From IMG/VR virus record IMGVR_UViG_3300025450_000013: a DNA stretch of 64,000 nucleotides. One strand, written 5' to 3'. Below the pieces are notes generated by a model. The model worked only from the letters and a program-made list of their open reading frames with translations. It was not told the DNA's origin and ran no database searches. Source of the DNA: a virus. The translations under genes and the position numbers were made by a program. Below, one piece after another: positions 58,956-64,000 of the stretch (positions are counted from its first letter, which is position 1; each line of letters opens with the position of its first letter).

Positions 58956-59942
58956 TCAGTCCTCAGCCAACTTGCGAAACATTGCGAGGTCTTCATCCTC
59001 TTCATCTTCCACAACTGGTGCCTTAGCAGACACAGGTTGAGGCGAGGATATAGGCTTTGAGTTCTTGAAAGGGACATCATCTTCCTGCGCCGCAGGAGAA
59101 TAACTTGATGCCTTTGTTTCAGTTAAGGTGATTGTGTTTACTGGTTGTGAACCTGTGTAACCATTAACATCATCAAGGCGGGCCTTGAGTTCAGCATAGG
59201 TCTTGAAGTTCTTACGGTCAACAATCTCCTTGAGAGAATGTTCACGCTTCCAGATTGCTTCCATCTCATCATCGTCCTTTGATAGAGGACCTGGTGCGAG
59301 GAACACGGACTCGTCATAGTTAGGGAATGATACGTTACGACCACCCATATTAACATTCTGACGGGTTACCTTCAACTTGAAATGAGCACCTTGCCAAAGA
59401 TCAAAAGGATTTACCTTACCCTCGGACTCAAGGTCTGGGTTCATCATCTTTGTGATCTTATCAAAGATTTTCTTGCCATACTTGAACAAGAATACCTTGC
59501 CTTCATTCTCAGGATTCTTAGGATCACTCACCACATAGATATTGGAAACGTAGTGAAGACGACGCTTCTGGTCACGGGCTTGCTTCCGCTCAGGAGAGTT
59601 ATCGTCTTGTGTGGAGTTCCAGAGTGTTGAGTTATACTCTGATACAGGATCCTTCTCATCGAAGGTTGTTAGGGACTTTTCAATATACCACTTTCCAGTA
59701 ACCTTGTTCTGGAAACCATGATCAAAGTAACGGACCCAAGGAAGGGCGTCGTCACCATCAACGGCAGGACCTGGAAGGAAACGAATAACAGCCAAGGCAT
59801 TGCCTGTCTTGTCTGGTGTTGGCTTCCAATAGTTGTCGGTATCTTCCTTCTCGAAGTTACCACCACCGCCATTCATCTTTTCAACCTGCTTTAAAAGCCC
59901 GTTGAAATCCTTAGATTGCTTTTTTAGATTTGCAAAGTTCAT
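58956..59942 (-). CDS. gp32: Single-stranded DNA-binding protein
   Basis: DKTGN..AVIRFLP, WYIEKSLTT...DPVSE, NIYVVSDP.NPENEGKVFLFKYGKKIFDKI, acidic tail; RBS AAGGAG before ATG 59942. Confidence 0.96.
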   Translation of the reverse strand: MNFANLKKQSKDFNGLLKQVEKMNGGGGNFEKEDTDNYWKPTPDKTGNALAVIRFLPGPAVDGDDALPWVRYFDHGFQNKVTGKWYIEKSLTTFDEKDPVSEYNSTLWNSTQDDNSPERKQARDQKRRLHYVSNIYVVSDPKNPENEGKVFLFKYGKKIFDKITKMMNPDLESEGKVNPFDLWQGAHFKLKVTRQNVNMGGRNVSFPNYDESVFLAPGPLSKDDDEMEAIWKREHSLKEIVDRKNFKTYAELKARLDDVNGYTGSQPVNTITLTETKASSYSPAAQEDDVPFKNSKPISSPQPVSAKAPVVEDEEDEDLAMFRKLAED

Positions 59943-60058
59943 CGTATTCTCCTTGTATAACGTTGTATGTTGTCTTATCCACATTATCATGATGTAACAG
60001 AGTATGGATTTACCAAGCCCGTATCCCGAACCGGTTTTATACCATACTCTATTCTTGT

Positions 60059-60087
60059 ATTATAACAGGGCCCGAAGGCCCTGTCAA
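60059..60087 (-). promoter_or_regulatory. Consensus sigma70 promoter for gp32 (TTGACA-N17-TATAAT)
   Basis: TTGACA GGGCCTTCGGGCCCTGT TATAAT on minus strand; spacer forms a C(UUCG)G hairpin. Confidence 0.85.
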
Positions 60088-60090
60088 GTA

Positions 60091-60267
60091 TTAATATGAA
60101 CCTAAAAGTGATCCATTTTTTTTATAAATTATACGACCGTTAGAAATTTGATAATTAGCATGATCCATCCATAGAGTCCAAATTAAATCGGAAGCATCCT
60201 TAGGATCTTTATTATTTGTTATAAGAATTTGCATTGCTAGTAGCAAGTCGTCTTTTGTCATCTTCAT
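60091..60267 (-). CDS. Small hypothetical protein (58 aa)
   Basis: RBS AAGGAG then MKMTKDDLLLAMQIL...; translated by hand. Confidence 0.5.
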   Translation of the reverse strand: MKMTKDDLLLAMQILITNNKDPKDASDLIWTLWMDHANYQISNGRIIYKKNGSLLGSY

Positions 60268-60328
60268 TTCTCCTTATAAGATGTTTGCTAGATATCTCAC
60301 AAGAAAACATAAAAATAATATACCTTAT

Positions 60329-60502
60329 TTATATAAGCAGTAAAAACAACTCTAGGTAAAATTCTACCTCTTCTGTTACTGCCAAAACTTCTGTTGTTGC
60401 TTCGTGTATTAGAACCAATTTGCCATTGTGGTGTTTAATATTATAAAGCCCATCGGCAAAGTCTCTTAGGATATCTGATGCGTTACCTTCTAGAAGTCTC
60501 AT
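60329..60502 (-). CDS. Small hypothetical protein (57 aa)
   Basis: MRLLEGNASDILRDF...; RBS AAGGAG within the gp59 3' end; translated by hand. Confidence 0.45.
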   Translation of the reverse strand: MRLLEGNASDILRDFADGLYNIKHHNGKLVLIHEATTEVLAVTEEVEFYLELFLLLI

Positions 60503-61088
60503 CTATTTTCTCCTTGAGTATGCGTTTGAATTTATCTTTATCGTATTTTACAAATGGTTTGTATTTACGTAACTTCAACGCCACCTTGGACCAGATGGGA
60601 TCATTGCCACCCATATATTTATCAAACTTGTTGGTGTATCCTATAAAATCATTTAAAATGACCATGGACTCAGGAGAAATACTTCCCCTAAGATAGAGGC
60701 AAACAATATAAGGATACTCGCCGTCCCTAACATCAAAAGGAAGATTAAGGCCATATTTAAAAACTCGCTCAACGTCATTCGTGAAGTGATATGTGAGTGC
60801 CTGTTTTCTTCCTTTGTATTGAATATAGTTTTCTTGTGCTTCGTCTTCCAATAACTCAGTGACATAGTTACGATCCTTCAATCTATTGGCAATAAAAAAA
60901 TCTCGTAGTTCTCTGTCTTCATACTCTTTGGCAACCTTATCAAAGAACCATTTGTCTGGTCGTTTCTCATAGGTAGCCTTAGATGCTTTTACTTTATGGT
61001 GCGTAAAGAGGTCAAATGTTGGGCTCTCAAAGTGAGTTCTGATCGTAACAAAGACCACGTATGCACCATACGCGGAAAAGTGGCTCAT
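60483..61088 (-). CDS. gp59: Helicase loader
   Basis: AY..F..IRTHF....D.F, Y.KR.D..FF, G.IS.E...IL, KY.PF; adjacent to gp32/gp33. Confidence 0.85.
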   Translation of the reverse strand: MSHFSAYGAYVVFVTIRTHFESPTFDLFTHHKVKASKATYEKRPDKWFFDKVAKEYEDRELRDFFIANRLKDRNYVTELLEDEAQENYIQYKGRKQALTYHFTNDVERVFKYGLNLPFDVRDGEYPYIVCLYLRGSISPESMVILNDFIGYTNKFDKYMGGNDPIWSKVALKLRKYKPFVKYDKDKFKRILKEKIDETSRR

Positions 61089-61309
61089 ATTGGTAGTTTA
61101 GCAGTTTTAGATTTCTTAAGGAAGTTGAGGTCTTCAGCCTCTAGTTGGATCTTGGCCTTGAGGACACCTGATACAAGTTTACCAGCCGTCTCTACCTCAA
61201 GGTTGTTGGTTTCACAGAATAAACAGATGGCGTCAATGTAAGGAATGTCCTTCATGTATACCAGTTCTTCAATAGCCATGGAAAACTTATTGATATCTTC
61301 AGCGTTCAT
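61085..61309 (-). CDS. gp33: Late transcription coactivator
   Basis: FS..IE..V....I.YIDAI..FCE.N..E.E...KL....LK.KI..EA..LNFL. Confidence 0.9.
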   Translation of the reverse strand: MNAEDINKFSMAIEELVYMKDIPYIDAICLFCETNNLEVETAGKLVSGVLKAKIQLEAEDLNFLKKSKTAKLPI

Positions 61310-61330
61310 CTCAGTTCCTTTTTTCTCATG

Positions 61331-61954
61331 TCAAAAATATGTTTCAGATACACCACCTCTACCTAAACACCCTTTTATATTGACATCAAATCCTATACAA
61401 AATCTGGTGATGGTAGATATATTTTTTTCCGTTGCATGACTCAGTTCAGATGGAAACAATATTAACATATTATTTTTAGGAAGAATAGAGTAATTATCAC
61501 AATTATAAATGTTATAATTTTTAATATTCCATTTAAACCATTCTCTAATAGGAGGTATTTGTTTTCTCATAAAGAATAATTTTCCTGTTTCATCATCAAC
61601 ACATAGATATAAAACTCCACTAAACACTGATCTTTCATGGGTATGTAATTCATTACACTCACCGACACCAACTCTCATAACCCAAGAACTTTTTATATAA
61701 AAATTATAATCATCGGATATCTCTATACCATGAACATTCTCTACATAATAATTTATTTTCTCCATCATATTGTTTTTTAGTTGACTGCATACTGCATGAT
61801 CCAAAACTTTTTTATCGGATGACATTAGTGCTTGTCTGTTATCCATTTTTTCAAACGGAAGATTTATCAGGTGATTTTTAACATCATCTTCAACATAAAC
61901 TTCCGTGATGGATATAGGTGTGGAAAATAGAGGTATAGTTTCAATATTTTCCAT
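61331..61954 (-). CDS. 2OG-Fe(II) oxygenase-like (TIGR02466-type)
   Basis: LFSTPI, SW......N..H.H..S.FSGVLY, LILFPS.L.H....N.....R..I.F. Confidence 0.8.
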   Translation of the reverse strand: MENIETIPLFSTPISITEVYVEDDVKNHLINLPFEKMDNRQALMSSDKKVLDHAVCSQLKNNMMEKINYYVENVHGIEISDDYNFYIKSSWVMRVGVGECNELHTHERSVFSGVLYLCVDDETGKLFFMRKQIPPIREWFKWNIKNYNIYNCDNYSILPKNNMLILFPSELSHATEKNISTITRFCIGFDVNIKGCLGRGGVSETYF

Positions 61955-61967
61955 TACCTATTACTTC

Positions 61968-62099
61968 CTATCGGATTACGTGGGTGTTTTTACCTTTGAA
62001 AGATTTCTTGAGGAGTTTAAACCAAAACTTCCTCTCCTTCTTGGCATCTTTGTCTAGTATAGCACGATAGAACTTTAAAATCAACTTTTTTGTTTTCAT
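61968..62099 (-). CDS. Small basic hypothetical protein (43 aa)
   Basis: MKTKKLILKFYRAILDKD..., RBS AAGGA upstream; translated by hand. Confidence 0.5.
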   Translation of the reverse strand: MKTKKLILKFYRAILDKDAKKERKFWFKLLKKSFKGKNTHVIR

Positions 62100-62109
62100 C
62101 TTAGTGTCC

Positions 62110-62355
62110 TTTGTGAGGTGCCGGCATTCTGTTCCGAGGCCGCCGGCGGCCCGTAGGATTATGCTGCTAGAGCAAGATCCTGATATGCTGAATTATCGTT
62201 AGCATTTACGATTGCTTTTGGTCTCCTTCAGCCTTTACCACATCAGTCGATCCTACTTCCGGCCCCCAAAAGACACCTTAATGTCCTTTGGTGGACCGGC
62301 TGGGTAACGCTCCCAGGTCCTGCCTGCTTATTCTACCGTTCTCAACGACCTAAGC
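62110..62355 (-). ncRNA. ssrA: Circularly permuted two-piece tmRNA, tag ANDNSAYQDLALAA
   Basis: Acceptor piece ends CCGGTCCACCA (3' end 62289); intervening hairpin; coding piece starts GGGCCGGAAGTAGGATCGAC (62265) giving a G3.U70 Ala stem; tag ORF at 62159-62203; outer ends approximate. Confidence 0.92.
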
Positions 62356-62360
62356 AAGTA

Positions 62361-62391
62361 TATTTATAACATATAATGAGATTTTTGGCAA
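62361..62391 (-). promoter_or_regulatory. Overlapping sigma70-like (TTGCCA-N17-TATAAA) and late (TATAAATA) promoter for the tmRNA
   Basis: TTGCCA at 62391-62386; TATAAATA at 62368-62361. Confidence 0.65.
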
Positions 62392-62460
62392 GTTTATTCT
62401 ACTTGGTTCTCGAACTCTTCCATCTGTGGCGCCGAAACACCACGATGGTCTACGGAACCT

Positions 62461-62574
62461 TTAGTTACAGGGGCGACTAGTGTTGTCCCGTATAAGGCAG
62501 TCCGCGATGGTGATAGTGTTACAGCTAGCCAACCCAAGACAAAGAAACACCATTATTGGTAGAAAGTATTTCAT
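62461..62574 (-). CDS. Small predicted lipoprotein (37 aa)
   Basis: MKYFLPIMVFLCLGLASCNTITIADCLIRDNTSRPCN: signal peptide with LASC lipobox; ATGA overlap with exonuclease stop. Confidence 0.55.
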   Translation of the reverse strand: MKYFLPIMVFLCLGLASCNTITIADCLIRDNTSRPCN

Positions 62575-63260
62575 AGTTCATATTCCTCTCTAAACTGGAC
62601 AATCTTATCATATAATCCTTTAACATAATCTGTCCGTCTCTTGACGAATACCTGTGGATGGATTTCGTGATCTACGGATATCAATACAACAATCTGTCTG
62701 GCCTGGATGCCAGTCATATCCTCATACATCAAAGAGTATGCGGTACATTGTTCAAAGTAGTTTAAAATCCATTCTTCTTTTTTAGGTTTCAATGAGGTCT
62801 TGAAGTCAATAATGGAAGTGAGACCATCAAACTCGGCAATACAATCAACCTGACCTGCTAGCCCGATGGCCTCACTATACAGCATTGCCTCAACATAATG
62901 GACGTTATCAATACGTTCCAATGTTGGCAACATATTACGGAATGCCTGTTTCATATCAGGCATAAGAGCATCGTTATAGTATGTGGAATATTCCTCGTTC
63001 TTGATGTAAGATTCCATCAATGAGTGGAACTTGGTACCCCTAGAAGATGCTCTTGCAGAAACTCTATTTGCTTCTTCTTCACCAACCCGTTTCCGCCACT
63101 TTGCAATGCTATCGCCTTTAAAATGAGACAAGAAGGTTGTAACAGATGGCAATTTAGTGCCATTTGGAGAGATGTAGTATCGTTTTCCATTATATTCTTC
63201 CCTTTTCAGAGTAGTTAGAAAGTGGTCATGGTTTATATGATTAAAAGTTTTCACTAGCAT
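62571..63260 (-). CDS. PD-(D/E)XK exonuclease
   Basis: PSVTT.L, W.KRVG.EEA, RGT.FH..ME, AG.VDCIAE, IIDFKTS, YF.Q..AY. Confidence 0.88.
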   Translation of the reverse strand: MLVKTFNHINHDHFLTTLKREEYNGKRYYISPNGTKLPSVTTFLSHFKGDSIAKWRKRVGEEEANRVSARASSRGTKFHSLMESYIKNEEYSTYYNDALMPDMKQAFRNMLPTLERIDNVHYVEAMLYSEAIGLAGQVDCIAEFDGLTSIIDFKTSLKPKKEEWILNYFEQCTAYSLMYEDMTGIQARQIVVLISVDHEIHPQVFVKRRTDYVKGLYDKIVQFREEYEL

Positions 63261-63293
63261 CCAACATCAAAGTCGTCCTCAATTGTTTCATCC

Positions 63294-63322
63294 ATAATAC
63301 TACACCTCTCCGTAAATGTCAA
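63294..63322 (-). promoter_or_regulatory. sigma70-type promoter (TTGACA-N17-TATTAT) upstream of exonuclease
   Basis: TTGACA at 63322-63317, TATTAT at 63299-63294. Confidence 0.65.
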
Positions 63323-63495
63323 CCTATAACTGTAATTCCTTGAGCAGTCAAAGAAGTATCAAATTCTTCCTTACATTGAATATTAAATTTTGCCCAAAAA
63401 TCCAGACTATGATTATTTTCAGTTATTGTGGACATTTGACTTACTATATATTTTCTTAATTGTTCATTATATTGATCTTCTGTTATAGTATTCAT
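63319..63495 (-). CDS. Small hypothetical protein (58 aa)
   Basis: MNTITEDQYNEQLRK..., ATG directly follows phoH stop; translated by hand. Confidence 0.45.
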   Translation of the reverse strand: MNTITEDQYNEQLRKYIVSQMSTITENNHSLDFWAKFNIQCKEEFDTSLTAQGITVIG

Positions 63496-64000
63496 TTATA
63501 ACCCCATTTCGGTCTTCTGTATTATATATTCTTTCACCACACCGCTTCGCACGATGTCCTCAATGTTAAACTCAATATGATCAAACGATGGCATACGGCG
63601 AGTAACGGCCATCAATTCTTTAATACCAGTTTTCTCATGTGGTTTATGTAAATCAGTTTGGCGATAATCACCACAAAATATAATACGAGAGTTTTGACCT
63701 ATACGAGTCATAACTGTATCAATCTCTTGGAATGTCATATTATTGCACTCGTCAACAATGATAATACAATCGTTAAATGTCATACCACGTAGAAAGGAAG
63801 TAGTAGTAAATTCTACTAAGCCCTTTAACTTCAAAATCTTCCATCCATCGCCACGACCAAATAAGTCATCACAGATTTCTTGGTAAGGTTGTTCGTAAAC
63901 TTCCGATTTTTGTTTGTCGGTTCCTGGTAGGAATCCCATGTCGCGGCTTGGTACGACCGATCGGATGATAACAACCTTCTTATATGTCTTTTCGTGTAGA
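63496..64000 (-). CDS. phoH: PhoH-like ATPase (5' end beyond window)
   Basis: RSVVPSRDMGFLPG, SFLRGMTF...IIIVDE.NN, TRIG.NSRIIFCGD..Q.DL, DIVRSG.VK. Confidence 0.93.
   Translation of the reverse strand, partial: LHEKTYKKVVIIRSVVPSRDMGFLPGTDKQKSEVYEQPYQEICDDLFGRGDGWKILKLKGLVEFTTTSFLRGMTFNDCIIIVDECNNMTFQEIDTVMTRIGQNSRIIFCGDYRQTDLHKPHEKTGIKELMAVTRRMPSFDHIEFNIEDIVRSGVVKEYIIQKTEMGL

Noticed and set aside
62266-62325. Stand-alone tRNA-Ala
   Set aside because: No anticodon arm and the halves are in permuted order; explained by tmRNA
62571-63260. Cas4 / CRISPR adaptation gene
   Set aside because: No Fe-S cysteine set, no array or other cas genes; ordinary T4-like PD-(D/E)XK exonuclease next to phoH
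1-64000. Alternative genetic code
   Set aside because: Core genes translate full length under the standard code with normal stops

Overview
Window from a large T4-like (myovirus) phage genome, covering the neck, fibre, baseplate and tail-hub late region and the start of the replication region. Recognisable core genes: gp15, gp14, gp13, a VrlC-like wedge protein, gp8, gp7, gp6, gp25, a split gp5, gp53, gp2, gp4, gp48, gp54, gp26, gp51, a tape-measure-like protein, gp32, gp59, gp33, an exonuclease and PhoH. T4 late promoters (TATAAATA) precede many genes. A circularly permuted (two-piece, alphaproteobacterial-type) tmRNA with tag ANDNSAYQDLALAA suggests an alphaproteobacterial host. Between the neck and baseplate genes lies a ~29 kb accessory island. 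It contains (i) modular Ala/Asn-rich fibres, (ii) three candidate adhesins (a greatly elongated gp38-like polyglycine protein, a 1429-aa RCC1-repeat protein, a near-perfectly repeated 7-blade NHL propeller) and (iii) an ADP-heptose synthesis operon with GT9-like/GT25 glycosyltransferases, methyltransferases and a 2OG-Fe(II) oxygenase. The leading hypothesis (inference) is a phage-encoded system that heptosylates or otherwise decorates its own virion; surface virion proteins are rich in Ala-Asn motifs that could be acceptors. A mini-intein sits in the large baseplate protein. All family assignments come from motif recognition by eye; no database search was run.
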